From NCBI GenBank assembly GCA_965262985.1, contig OZ253576.1, positions 2,057,213 through 2,121,212 on the forward strand: a DNA stretch of 64,000 bases. The letters are read 5' to 3'. Source of the DNA: Vicinamibacterales bacterium. GTDB taxonomy: Bacteria; Acidobacteriota; Vicinamibacteria; Vicinamibacterales; UBA8438. The notes below the pieces were generated by a model. That model was not told the origin of the DNA and did no database searches. It saw only the letters and a program-made list of their open reading frames with translations. Both the position numbers and the translations under genes were made by a program. Of this stretch, positions 39,320-48,344 are shown in pieces (the stretch's first letter is position 1; the number at the start of each line of letters is the position of its first letter).

Positions 39320-39536
39320 ATGGCAGTCCGTGATGAATCCCCGCGTTGCACCGGGATCTGGTCGTCACAATTCCGCGTACGGCCGTTGCAAAGCGCGACG
39401 AGGGAGCAAATTGGGAGATTTGTGACCCCGGCAATCAGAAGCCCAGCGCCGCCCGACGCGGGACAGGGAGCAAATTGGGAAATTTGCGACCGCAGCGCCG
39501 ATCGAATGCAGCGGGGCTTTCACCGCGGGCTGCTCG
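39320..39536 (+). repeat. MITE-like palindromic intergenic element, copy B (long form, two core hairpins, decayed ends)
   Basis: GCAGTCCGTGATGAATCCCCGCGTTGCACCGGG...GACGAGGGAGCAAATTGGGAGATTTGTGACC...CAGGGAGCAAATTGGGAAATTTGCGACCGCAGCGCCGATCGAATGCAGCGGGGCTTTCACCGCGGGCTGC. Confidence 0.85.
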
Positions 39537-40585
39537 GGCTCTCGTTGATCGCGGCACTGTTCTGGACGCCGCTCCAGGAATCAACCGCCGCACAACCGGC
39601 GCGCGTACGCCTGATCACGACCGGCGGCACCATCTCGAACCGGGCGGGAATCCGGCTGTCTCCGCAAGAACTGCTCGCCACGGTGCCGGACCTTGACGAT
39701 CTCGTCGAGGCCGAGGCCGAGGAATTCGCCAATGTCGCAAGCAGCGCGCTGACCCTGGACCAGTGGATGCAACTGTCGCGCCGGATCAACGACCTGTTCC
39801 GGACGGATCGCACACTGGCCGGCATCGTGGTGACGAGCGGCACCGACACGCTGGAGGAATTCGCCTACTTCCTGCACCTGACCGTCAGGGACGCGCGGCC
39901 CGTGGTCGTCGTCGGATCGATGCGCCGTCCCGACACGCTGGCGTATGACGGCGCCGCAAATCTGAGACAGGCGTTGCGCATGGCCGGCGACCCCGGCTCG
40001 CACGGTCGAGGGGTGCTGGTCGTCTTCAATGACGAGATCGACTCGGCGCGCGACGTGACCAAGACCAGCACCTCGCACCTGCAGGCGTTCGAGTCGCGGG
40101 GCTACGGGGTGCTGGGCCACGCTGCCCGCGATCGCATTGTGTATTATCGCCGGTTGGAACGGCGTCACACCGTGACGAGCGAGTTCGACGTCGACCGGAT
40201 TCCCCGCCTTCCGCGGGTGGACATTGTCATGGCGTATCAGGGCGCCTCGGGCGATCTGATCCGCGCCGCGGTGAATCGGGGCGCCGCCGGCATCGTGGTG
40301 GCCGGAGCCGGAGCCGGAGCGACCAGCGCCGGACAGGGCGACGCGATCGCCTATGCATCCGAGCGAGGCGCGGTGGTGGTGATGACGTCACGTACGGGCC
40401 GCGGGCGTATCGTCCCGCGCGGCGCCACGCTGCCCGAACCTGATGACAATCAGGACCTGCCTGCCCGCCGCCAGCGCATCGCAGGCGACGATCTTGCCCC
40501 GGTCAAGGCGCGGGTACTGCTGATGCTCGCACTGACAGTCTCGAAGGACCGTGACGAGATCCAACGGATGTTCGGAGAGTACTGA
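39506..40585 (+). CDS. L-asparaginase (type II-like, probably secreted)
   Basis: LITTGGTISN, SGTDTLEEFAYFL and the rest of the asparaginase core. The ATG at 39506 gives a signal-like N-terminus (MQRGFHRGLLGLSLIAALFW...). That ATG lies inside repeat copy B, so the start is uncertain. Confidence 0.88.
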   Translation: MQRGFHRGLLGLSLIAALFWTPLQESTAAQPARVRLITTGGTISNRAGIRLSPQELLATVPDLDDLVEAEAEEFANVASSALTLDQWMQLSRRINDLFRTDRTLAGIVVTSGTDTLEEFAYFLHLTVRDARPVVVVGSMRRPDTLAYDGAANLRQALRMAGDPGSHGRGVLVVFNDEIDSARDVTKTSTSHLQAFESRGYGVLGHAARDRIVYYRRLERRHTVTSEFDVDRIPRLPRVDIVMAYQGASGDLIRAAVNRGAAGIVVAGAGAGATSAGQGDAIAYASERGAVVVMTSRTGRGRIVPRGATLPEPDDNQDLPARRQRIAGDDLAPVKARVLLMLALTVSKDRDEIQRMFGEY

Positions 40586-40597
40586 CCCGCACCAGCC

Positions 40598-40635
40598 CGG
40601 ACCAGGCAACCACACGGGTTGCCCCGCAGGCGCGG
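40598..40635. repeat. REP-like hairpin unit (single copy of the 37-bp family)
   Basis: GGACCAGGCAACCACACGGGTTGCCCCGCAGG, with stem GGCAACC/GGTTGCC. It sits between the convergent stops at 40585 (+) and 40644 (-). Near-identical units form the tandem array at 51709. Confidence 0.75.
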
Positions 40636-40643
40636 CGGTGCCG

Positions 40644-41717
40644 CTACGCAATGCCGGCGCCAAGGACGCCGACGTACACGGCGTAGAGCGACTGGCTGGC
40701 GGTCATGAACAGGCGGTTGCGTCTGGTGCCGCCGAAGCAGACGTTGGCGCAGCGCTCGGGAAGCCGAATCGCCCCGATCAGGTCGCCGTCCGGCGCCGTA
40801 ACGAGCACTCCATCGCCCGCGCCGGCCCAGACGTTGCCATCGACATCGCACCTGATGCCGTCGGCCGCGACCACGTTCTCGGACCCCGGTGCGTGCAGTT
40901 CCGCATGCCGGCGGCCGCGCGCGAGCCGGGTGCCCTCGACGTCGAAAACGCGAATCTCACGGCCCGACCCGGTATCCGCCACATACAGCCGGCTGTAGTC
41001 AGGTGAGAAGCAGAGACCGTTCGGACCACCCGGCTCATCGGTCACGAGCGTGACCTGGCCGTTCCCCGGATCGACTCGGTATACGGCCGGGGGGGTCTCG
41101 GATTCGGCGCGGAACCCCTCATAGTCACCGCGAATGCCGTAGGGCGGATCGCTGAACCAGATGCCCCCATCCGGATGCACCACGGCGTCGTTCGGCGAAT
41201 TGAGCCGTTTGCCGTCATACCGGTCGGCGATGACGGTGACATCGCCGTTCTGCTCATACCTGGCGACCCGCCGGCCGCCATGCTCGCAGGAGAGCTGGCG
41301 TCCTTCGCGGTCGAACGTGTTGCCGTTGCTGTGACCCGAGGGGCTCCGAAACACCGTGACCCGTCCGTCGTCCTGAATCCATCGGTGCTGGACGTTGTTG
41401 GGGATGTCACTCCAGACCAGATACTGTCCTACCCCGTTCCACGCCGGTCCCTCGGCCCACATGGTGCCGATGTGCAGCCGCCTGATCGGCGTATTGAAGA
41501 GAATGTAGCGGCGAAACCGGGGATCGAGTGCGATGAGATCGGGGTCCGGATAGGGCAACGGGTTCTGCCCGGACCAGTCTCGCGGTGCGTAGGGCGGTAC
41601 TTGCGGCGCCTGCTGCCGCGCCCATGCCGGCGCGGCGATGCTCCCGGCGAATGCCGTGCCAAGAAACGCCCGGCGTGTCCACGCCGAATTCCTGTCGTTC
41701 CGCTGCTGATCCGCCAT
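40644..41717 (-). CDS. SMP-30/gluconolactonase/LRE family protein with a Tat-type signal
   Basis: RRAFLGTAFAGSIAAPAWA twin-arginine signal, six-bladed propeller motifs, NGLCFSPDYSRLYVADTG. ATG at 41717. Confidence 0.85.
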   Translation of the reverse strand: MADQQRNDRNSAWTRRAFLGTAFAGSIAAPAWARQQAPQVPPYAPRDWSGQNPLPYPDPDLIALDPRFRRYILFNTPIRRLHIGTMWAEGPAWNGVGQYLVWSDIPNNVQHRWIQDDGRVTVFRSPSGHSNGNTFDREGRQLSCEHGGRRVARYEQNGDVTVIADRYDGKRLNSPNDAVVHPDGGIWFSDPPYGIRGDYEGFRAESETPPAVYRVDPGNGQVTLVTDEPGGPNGLCFSPDYSRLYVADTGSGREIRVFDVEGTRLARGRRHAELHAPGSENVVAADGIRCDVDGNVWAGAGDGVLVTAPDGDLIGAIRLPERCANVCFGGTRRNRLFMTASQSLYAVYVGVLGAGIA

Positions 41718-41811
41718 GGCTGTCTGTCTCCGGCGCCTCACGTGCGGGGCGCGCCGCGGTGCCTGCCGTCCGCATTCCGGTTCGGAGCGGGGTGGACATG
41801 TCGTCGCACGA

Positions 41812-43179
41812 TCATGGCTGTCCACCGGCCGCGGAAATCCGGTAGAGCTTCGTGGCGGTCCGGATGATCAGGCTGTCGCGCGCAACCGCCGGCGTGGACA
41901 GCGTCATCTCGTCGAGCGAGTTCCGCCCCAGCACCGCGAACTCGGGGCCGGCCTGGATGACGAACGTATCGCCATCCTCGCTCAACACGAAGAGCTTGCC
42001 GTTGTAGGCCCACGGCGACGCGGTGAACAGGGTCCCCGCCGTAATCCGCCGGCGCTGGTAGACCTCCTGTCCGGTGCGTGCGTCATACGCCATCAGGATG
42101 CCCCGATCGAGCAACGTGTAGTGATAGTCGCCGTACACGATGGACGACGGATTGTAGGACCCCAACTGCGGGTGCGACCACACGACGTAGTCGTTGCTGG
42201 TCGATCCCTCGGGCAACGTGATGTCACCGCTGGCGCCGGGACGGATCGCATACACGGGACGATTCTCGTCAGCGACATACCCGGAGTTGATATACAGGAG
42301 CCCGTGGTCGGAGAACGGAGTCGGGATCACGAGGGTCGACATGCCGGTCAGGCGCCAGAGCAGCGTTCCGTCCAGTCCGTAGGACCGGACACCGTTCCGA
42401 CCGGTCGTGACGACCTCGGTCCGCACGTCGTTCTCCCACACGAATGGCGTCGACCAGTTCGATCCCTCGTCCCGGTCGGTCCGCCACAGTTCGTTGCCGG
42501 TCGCGGCGTCGAATGCGGCGACCCACGACTGCTCTTCGTTGTCGTTGACGACATACAACCGGCCGTCGTGCAGCACCGGCGACGACGCCGCGCCCCATTC
42601 GCGACGCGGCAGCCATTCGAAATCGACCGACCAGACCAGCCGGCCGTCGAAATCGACGGCGAACATCCCGATATCCGCCATGTAGACATACACGCGTTCT
42701 CCGTCGGTGACCGGCGTCTCCGATGCGAACGTGCTTTTCTGATGCGTCGGCAATGCGGGAACGGATTCGTGCAAGGTCTGCTCCCAGCGGACCGCGCCGG
42801 TCTCGAAATCGATGTCGTAGAGCACCCATTGCAGCGGCTCGGTCTGCGTGGTGATGTAGGCCGCGGTCATGGCTCCGCCAAGCGACCGCGCACGGTAGTT
42901 CTCAATCGGCTGGATGGGCACTTCCGGCCCGCTGACCGCGGTGGAGGTCAGCACGAACACATGGTCGCCCCAGACGATTGGGGAGGCCCACCCCCGCCCC
43001 GGCATATCGATTTCCCAGGCAACGTTTTCACCCGGACCCCACCTGTCGGGCAACGCCGGATTGTCGGCCACGACCCCGGCGGCCACACCACGGAACTGCG
43101 GCCAGTTGTCCTGAGCGGTCACCGGAGATGCGCTCAACCAGACCAGTCCCAGAGCAAGCAGCGTCAGCCGAATCGTCAT
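41812..43179 (-). CDS. PQQ-like beta-propeller repeat protein (secreted)
   Basis: GGAGAGGAA SD, signal peptide MTIRLTLLALGLVWLSASPVTAQ, the NWPQFRG motif, and repeated W/G propeller blades. Confidence 0.85.
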   Translation of the reverse strand: MTIRLTLLALGLVWLSASPVTAQDNWPQFRGVAAGVVADNPALPDRWGPGENVAWEIDMPGRGWASPIVWGDHVFVLTSTAVSGPEVPIQPIENYRARSLGGAMTAAYITTQTEPLQWVLYDIDFETGAVRWEQTLHESVPALPTHQKSTFASETPVTDGERVYVYMADIGMFAVDFDGRLVWSVDFEWLPRREWGAASSPVLHDGRLYVVNDNEEQSWVAAFDAATGNELWRTDRDEGSNWSTPFVWENDVRTEVVTTGRNGVRSYGLDGTLLWRLTGMSTLVIPTPFSDHGLLYINSGYVADENRPVYAIRPGASGDITLPEGSTSNDYVVWSHPQLGSYNPSSIVYGDYHYTLLDRGILMAYDARTGQEVYQRRRITAGTLFTASPWAYNGKLFVLSEDGDTFVIQAGPEFAVLGRNSLDEMTLSTPAVARDSLIIRTATKLYRISAAGGQP

Positions 43180-43234
43180 TTCCTCTCCTCGAGATCGCCG
43201 GAATCAATCAACACACCGGCGGTTTGGCGGTATT

Positions 43235-43399
43235 CTAGCAGTTCGTGGCAGAACCCCGCGTGCACCGAGCGTAGCGCGGCGCCCGGCTGGCAAGGCGAGA
43301 CGAGGGAGCATATTGGGTATATGCGACCGAGGAGCAACGCCGCCCAGGCGGGATGCCGCGCAGCGCGAATGCCGCGGGGCTTCCGTCACGGACTGCTCG
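43235..43399 (+). repeat. MITE-like palindromic intergenic element, copy C (short form, 165 bp)
   Basis: CTAGCAGTTCGTGGCAGAACCCCGCGTGCACCGAGCG...GACGAGGGAGCATATTGGGTATATGCGACCGAGGAGCAACGCCGCC...GCGAATGCCGCGGGGCTTCCGTCACGGACTGCTCG. Confidence 0.9.
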
Positions 43400-43443
43400 C
43401 AGTTCGTGGTAGAACCCCGCGTGCACCGAGCGCGGCGCGGCGA
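43400..43443 (+). repeat. Partial tandem duplicate of the element's 5' module
   Basis: CAGTTCGTGGTAGAACCCCGCGTGCACCGAGCG repeats positions 43239-43271 almost exactly, immediately after the copy C 3' end. Confidence 0.8.
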
Positions 43444-43460
43444 GAACGACACAGGACCTC

Positions 43461-44585
43461 ATGAACAGACGGATCTCGGGCGCCGCGCTGACGTGCGCCC
43501 TTCTCTCGTTCGGCGCGGCCGGCAATGCGAACGCCCAGCCGCCATCCGATCACTTCGTGCCGTCCCGGCCCGACACGCTGAGTTGGGGCTGGTTTCCCCT
43601 GGACAAACCGCCGGTCCTGACCATCGTGTCCGGTGAGACGGTCCTGGTCGACACGCTCTCTCACGCCGGCTCGACCCAGAATGACCACCCGGCCGTCTCA
43701 CTCGGCGCGTTGGGAGTCGAACCTGACGAGATCCTGAAGGACGTGATCGACTTCTGGGCGTCGCGAGAATCACGCCCACGGGACGGACGCAGCGGGCACG
43801 TCATCACCGGACCAATTGCCATCGCGGGGGCGGAACCTGGCGACATGCTCGAAGTACAGGTGCTCGAGCTGACGATCCGGGCGCCGTACGGCATCAACAA
43901 CACCGGTCCGACGAGCGGCGTGTTCGCACGCGATTACCCGGGGTCGCGCCCCGCCGACAGACCTCGTGACATTGCGAATGCACGCCATCTCATCCGCACC
44001 GGCGCGGTCGACGGCGTCGAGGTCGCCCTGTTCTCCGACGGCGTCCAGGTTCCGCTCGCGCCGTTCATGGGCATCATGGCGGTCGCGCCGACGCCGGTGG
44101 TCGGTGAACCGGGCGTCACCGTACCGGGCGTGCAGGCATCGCGGCCGCCGGGCGCCTTTGGGGGCAACCTGGACGTCAAGGACCTGACCGCCGGCAGTAC
44201 GCTGTATCTGCCGGTCTTCCATCCCGGCGCCCTCTTCTACGTGGGCGACCCGCACGCGGCGCAGGGGGACGGAGAGGTCAGCGGAACCGCCATCGAGCAG
44301 TCCCTGTCCGGCCGCTTCCGTTTCGTGTTGCACAATAACAGGCCGATCAGGATGCCCTGGGCCGAGACCGACACCCACTACATCCTGATGGGCATCGACC
44401 TGGACCTGAACCGCGCACTCCAGCAGGCGGTGGACGAAGTGGTCGCATTCCTGGTGGCGGAGAAGGGGCTCACCCCGACCAAGGCGGTCTCGCTGGCGAG
44501 TATCGCGGTCGACTTTCAGGTGGCGGAAGCGGTCGATCTGACCCAACTCGTGACGGGAAAAATTCCCAAACATATCTTCCGATGA
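43461..44585 (+). CDS. Acetamidase/formamidase family protein (secreted)
   Basis: Signal peptide and FmdA/AmdA motifs (GPIAIAGAEPGDMLEV, GGNLDVKDLTAGSTLYLPVFHPGALFYVGDPHAAQGDGEVSGTAIE). Confidence 0.9.
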   Translation: MNRRISGAALTCALLSFGAAGNANAQPPSDHFVPSRPDTLSWGWFPLDKPPVLTIVSGETVLVDTLSHAGSTQNDHPAVSLGALGVEPDEILKDVIDFWASRESRPRDGRSGHVITGPIAIAGAEPGDMLEVQVLELTIRAPYGINNTGPTSGVFARDYPGSRPADRPRDIANARHLIRTGAVDGVEVALFSDGVQVPLAPFMGIMAVAPTPVVGEPGVTVPGVQASRPPGAFGGNLDVKDLTAGSTLYLPVFHPGALFYVGDPHAAQGDGEVSGTAIEQSLSGRFRFVLHNNRPIRMPWAETDTHYILMGIDLDLNRALQQAVDEVVAFLVAEKGLTPTKAVSLASIAVDFQVAEAVDLTQLVTGKIPKHIFR

Positions 44586-45502
44586 CACGAGCCATGACAC
44601 GAGCAACCACCCTCGGCACGTTACTGGCCGCCGCCCTGATCACGGTCGCGGCGATGGGCGGCATGGCGCAGGAGCAGCACACGGTCACCGTGCAGAGCAT
44701 GGATGTCCGTGAGAATCTCTACGTCATCAGCGGCGGCGGCGGGCACACCGCCGCGCTCGTGACGGAGAACCAAGGGGTCGTCCTTGTCGACACCAAACTC
44801 GCCGGCTGGGGACCGTCGATTCTGACGACGATTCAGGCCATCACCGATCAGCCGGTGACCACGATCATCAACACCCATACCCATGGGGACCATGTGGGCG
44901 GCAACGTCGATTTTCCTGCGACGGTCACGGTCGTCGCTCACGAGCGAGCCGCCGACCGCATGGCCGGCATGGAGGCGTTTGCCGGAGCAGGCGCCGAGTT
45001 TCTGCCGGACCGCACATATTCGAACCGGCTGACGTTGTTCGACGGCCGCGACCAGATCGACCTCTACCACTTCGGCGCGGGCCACACCGACGGAGACACG
45101 GTGGTCGTCTTTCCAGCGCTCGGTACGGCGCATCTGGGCGATCTGTTCGCGTTCATGGGTCCCCCATACATCGATGTGAGCAACGGTGGCAGCGGCGTGG
45201 CGTATCCCGACACCCTCGACCGGATCGTCACCTCGGTGCAAGGTGTCCGGCGGGTGATTCCCGGCCACATCCCTCCGCCTGCGGGCAGCCCGATGCGGGG
45301 CTGGACCACGTGGGAAGACCTGCAGGAGTACGCTCGCTTCAACCGCGAGTTCCTCGACTCGGTGCGCGGGTCACGCGATGCCGGACGCACGGTCGACGAG
45401 GCGGTCGCGGCGCTGGACCTCTGGGAACGGTATCCCGCCTACGACAGGGCCCGGGCCGACGCCAACGTCCAGGCGATCTACGACGAGCTGGGATCCCGAT
45501 GA
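44582..45502 (+). CDS. MBL-fold metallo-hydrolase (secreted)
   Basis: INTHTHGDHVGGN metal site and a signal peptide. Its start overlaps the formamidase stop as ATGA. Confidence 0.88.
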   Translation: MTRAMTRATTLGTLLAAALITVAAMGGMAQEQHTVTVQSMDVRENLYVISGGGGHTAALVTENQGVVLVDTKLAGWGPSILTTIQAITDQPVTTIINTHTHGDHVGGNVDFPATVTVVAHERAADRMAGMEAFAGAGAEFLPDRTYSNRLTLFDGRDQIDLYHFGAGHTDGDTVVVFPALGTAHLGDLFAFMGPPYIDVSNGGSGVAYPDTLDRIVTSVQGVRRVIPGHIPPPAGSPMRGWTTWEDLQEYARFNREFLDSVRGSRDAGRTVDEAVAALDLWERYPAYDRARADANVQAIYDELGSR

Positions 45503-45557
45503 GACGTCAGGCGACCGGGTCGGCCCGGCCGGCGGCATCCGCGACGGTAACGAACAC

Positions 45558-46892
45558 ATGAAGACACCTGCGCACATGATCCGGATAGTGACTGCGAGCG
45601 CCGTCCTGCTCACCCTTGGCGTGTACCCGATGTCCGCCGACGACTGGCCCGAATTCCGTGGCAAGGGTCGGATGGGCGTCTGGGCCGAATCTGACATTCT
45701 CGAGACCTTTCCCAGCGGCGGCCTCACCGTGCGCTGGCGCACACCGATTCATCACGGCTTCTCCGGACCGGCCGTCGCGGACGGCCGCATCTTCGTGACC
45801 GACTTCGAACGTGCGCGCGGGCTCGACGGCATCGAGCGCATTCTGTGCCTGGACGAGGAGACCGGCGACATTCTGTGGACCCAAAGCTGGGAAGCCAGCT
45901 ACCTCGGCATCTCGTGGGATGAGGGTCCTCGCGCCACCCCGACCGTGGACCGCGACCAGGTCTACGCTGTCGGCGCCAGCGGCGTCATGACCGCGCTGCG
46001 GGTCGACACCGGCGAGGTGTTGTGGCGTACACGCTTCGTCGAGGACTGGGGCGCCGAAGTGCCGCAGTGGGGGTTCAGCAGTGCGCCGCTCGTCGACGGC
46101 GACCGTGTCATCACGCTCGTCGGCGGAACACCGGACGCGAAGGTCGTCGCCTTCGACCGGACCACCGGCGCGGAGGTCTGGCGAGCGCTGTCCTCGGTCG
46201 AGTCTGGCGCCGGCGTGGGAACGCCGATCATCACCGAGGCCGGCGGGGTCCGGCAACTCGTGATCTGGCATCCGCTGGCGGTCTCGTCACTCGATCCGGT
46301 CACCGGCGAGGTCTACTGGGAGCAGCCGTTCGAAGTCGGATATGACATGACCGTCGCCACCCCGGTGCGGCAGGGATCGGATCTGTTCGTGACCACGTTC
46401 TACGACGGGCCAATGATGCTGGGCCTCGACAACGACCGGCCGGACGCCGAGATGCGCTGGCGAGGCAACAGCAACAGCGAGATCCTGACCGACGGTCTGC
46501 ACGCGGTGATCGGCACCCCGATCATTCAGGGCGGCTACATCTACGGGTTCGGTTCCTACGGACAGTTGCGTTGCCTGGTCGCCGCCACCGGCGAGCGGGT
46601 GTGGGAAAGCCAGGAAGCGACCGGCGAACGCGCGCGGTGGGCAAGCGCGTTCATGGTGCAGCACGAAGACCGCGTGTTCATCAACAACGACCGCGGCGAT
46701 CTGATCATTGCCAGATTGTCACCGGCGGGCTATGAGGAAATCAGCCGGACGCCGTTGATCGCGCCGACCTCGCGCCCCGGCAACCGCCGCGAACTCAGCT
46801 ACGTCAACTGGTCGCACCCTGCCTACGCCAACCGGCACATCATCGCCAGAAACGACGAGGAGATCATCTCGGCCTCGCTCGCCGCGCGGTGA
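45558..46892 (+). CDS. PQQ-like beta-propeller repeat protein (secreted), paralog of 50038..51384
   Basis: ATG at 45558, a signal peptide, DDWPEFRGKGRMGVW, and C-terminal NWSHPAYANRHIIARNDEEI. By eye it is about half identical to the 50038 gene product. Confidence 0.85.
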   Translation: MKTPAHMIRIVTASAVLLTLGVYPMSADDWPEFRGKGRMGVWAESDILETFPSGGLTVRWRTPIHHGFSGPAVADGRIFVTDFERARGLDGIERILCLDEETGDILWTQSWEASYLGISWDEGPRATPTVDRDQVYAVGASGVMTALRVDTGEVLWRTRFVEDWGAEVPQWGFSSAPLVDGDRVITLVGGTPDAKVVAFDRTTGAEVWRALSSVESGAGVGTPIITEAGGVRQLVIWHPLAVSSLDPVTGEVYWEQPFEVGYDMTVATPVRQGSDLFVTTFYDGPMMLGLDNDRPDAEMRWRGNSNSEILTDGLHAVIGTPIIQGGYIYGFGSYGQLRCLVAATGERVWESQEATGERARWASAFMVQHEDRVFINNDRGDLIIARLSPAGYEEISRTPLIAPTSRPGNRRELSYVNWSHPAYANRHIIARNDEEIISASLAAR

Positions 46893-46927
46893 CGGGACCG
46901 GATGCCGGCCCCGCCGCCTGCACCAGG

Positions 46928-48235
46928 TCAGTCGATGATGGCCTGATACGTCATCGTGGCCATGTCCGGCCGGACGTTCAAATGCGTGTAGGGTCGAATC
47001 TGCTCCATCAGGATGCCGATCAGCTCTTCCTGCGGGTCAACCCAGAAGATGGTACCGAAGGCGCCGCCCCAGTAGTACGACCCTTCGGAGCGCGGGGTGC
47101 CCGAGGGACCGAGATCAGTGACCACGGCGTACCCCAGGCCGAAACCGTAGCCCGGGCCGGCCAGCCAGATCCCCTTGTCGCCGGTATGGTTGGCGGTCAT
47201 CAGTTCGACCGTCTTGCGGCTCAAGAGGCGGATGCCGTCGAGTTCCCCGCCATTCAGCATCATCTGGTGGAACCGGAAATAGTCGCGCGCGGTGGACACC
47301 AGTCCTCCCGCGCCGCTGAAGTAGGTGTGCGGCTCGGCGACGAAGCGGCTCTCGGCGGTAGGCGCTTCCGACAGCTCGATCGTGCCGTCGGCGTTCGGCC
47401 GATACAACGCCGCGAAACGGTCGAGCTTTGATTCCGGCAGGTAGAAATGCGTATCGGTCATGTCGAGCGGCGCAAAGATCCGCTCTTTGAGGAACGCGTC
47501 GAGCGTCTGCCCCGACATCACCTCGACCAGCCGGCCGACCACATCGGTGGCGCGGCCATACTCCCAGTGCTCGCCGGGATGGAAGTTGAGCGGCAGCTTC
47601 GCCAGCCGTTTCAACATGTCGCCCACCGTGTCGCCCGGCTGCCGGTCCGCCGACATGGCGAGGAACTCGGGCTGCGTGATGCCGCGATAGCTGTTCGCCA
47701 ACCCGGCCGTGTGGGTCAGAATCTGTTGCACCGTAATCGGGCCCGCGGCCAGAATCGTCTTGTAGCGTCCGGTCAGCCGCTCCTGCGGAGGCGCCGGTAT
47801 CGCCACCTCCATGTCGGCGAATTCTGGCAGCCACTTCGAGATCGGGTCGCGCAACTGGAACCGTCCCTCTTCGTACATCATCATCAACGCGACCGACGCG
47901 ATCGGCTTGGTCATCGACGCAATTCTGAAAATGCTGTCGTGGGTCATCGGCGCGCCGCTCTCGACGTCCCGCGCGCCCAGGGCCGAAAAGTGCACGACCT
48001 TGCCGCGCCGCGCCACGAGCGCCACCGCCCCGGCAATCTCCTGCCGGTCGATATAGCCCTGGATCACCGCGTCGAGCCGTTCGAGCCGCTCTGACGACAT
48101 GCCGACCGTCTCCGCCTCGGCGGTCGGGACACCATCCATCTCCGGCAGATCGGCGGCCGCCCCACGCAGACCCACCGTTACCGCGATCGCGGCCACCGCG
48201 ACCAACCCGAGCCATTTCGTCATGGACGTGTTCAT
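46928..48235 (-). CDS. Serine hydrolase (beta-lactamase/PBP4-like family, class C type)
   Basis: Signal peptide, the SxxK motif in FRIASMTKPI, and a YxN-type region. ATG at 48235. Confidence 0.88.
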   Translation of the reverse strand: MNTSMTKWLGLVAVAAIAVTVGLRGAAADLPEMDGVPTAEAETVGMSSERLERLDAVIQGYIDRQEIAGAVALVARRGKVVHFSALGARDVESGAPMTHDSIFRIASMTKPIASVALMMMYEEGRFQLRDPISKWLPEFADMEVAIPAPPQERLTGRYKTILAAGPITVQQILTHTAGLANSYRGITQPEFLAMSADRQPGDTVGDMLKRLAKLPLNFHPGEHWEYGRATDVVGRLVEVMSGQTLDAFLKERIFAPLDMTDTHFYLPESKLDRFAALYRPNADGTIELSEAPTAESRFVAEPHTYFSGAGGLVSTARDYFRFHQMMLNGGELDGIRLLSRKTVELMTANHTGDKGIWLAGPGYGFGLGYAVVTDLGPSGTPRSEGSYYWGGAFGTIFWVDPQEELIGILMEQIRPYTHLNVRPDMATMTYQAIID

Positions 48236-48344
48236 GTCATCCTCCCGGACCGCAATTCCAGACACGCGTGGCATCCGAAGCGATGCCTGCAATTATAACG
48301 GCTCTGCCGGCGGTGCCGCCGGCGCCACTCGGACACGGCTCGCC

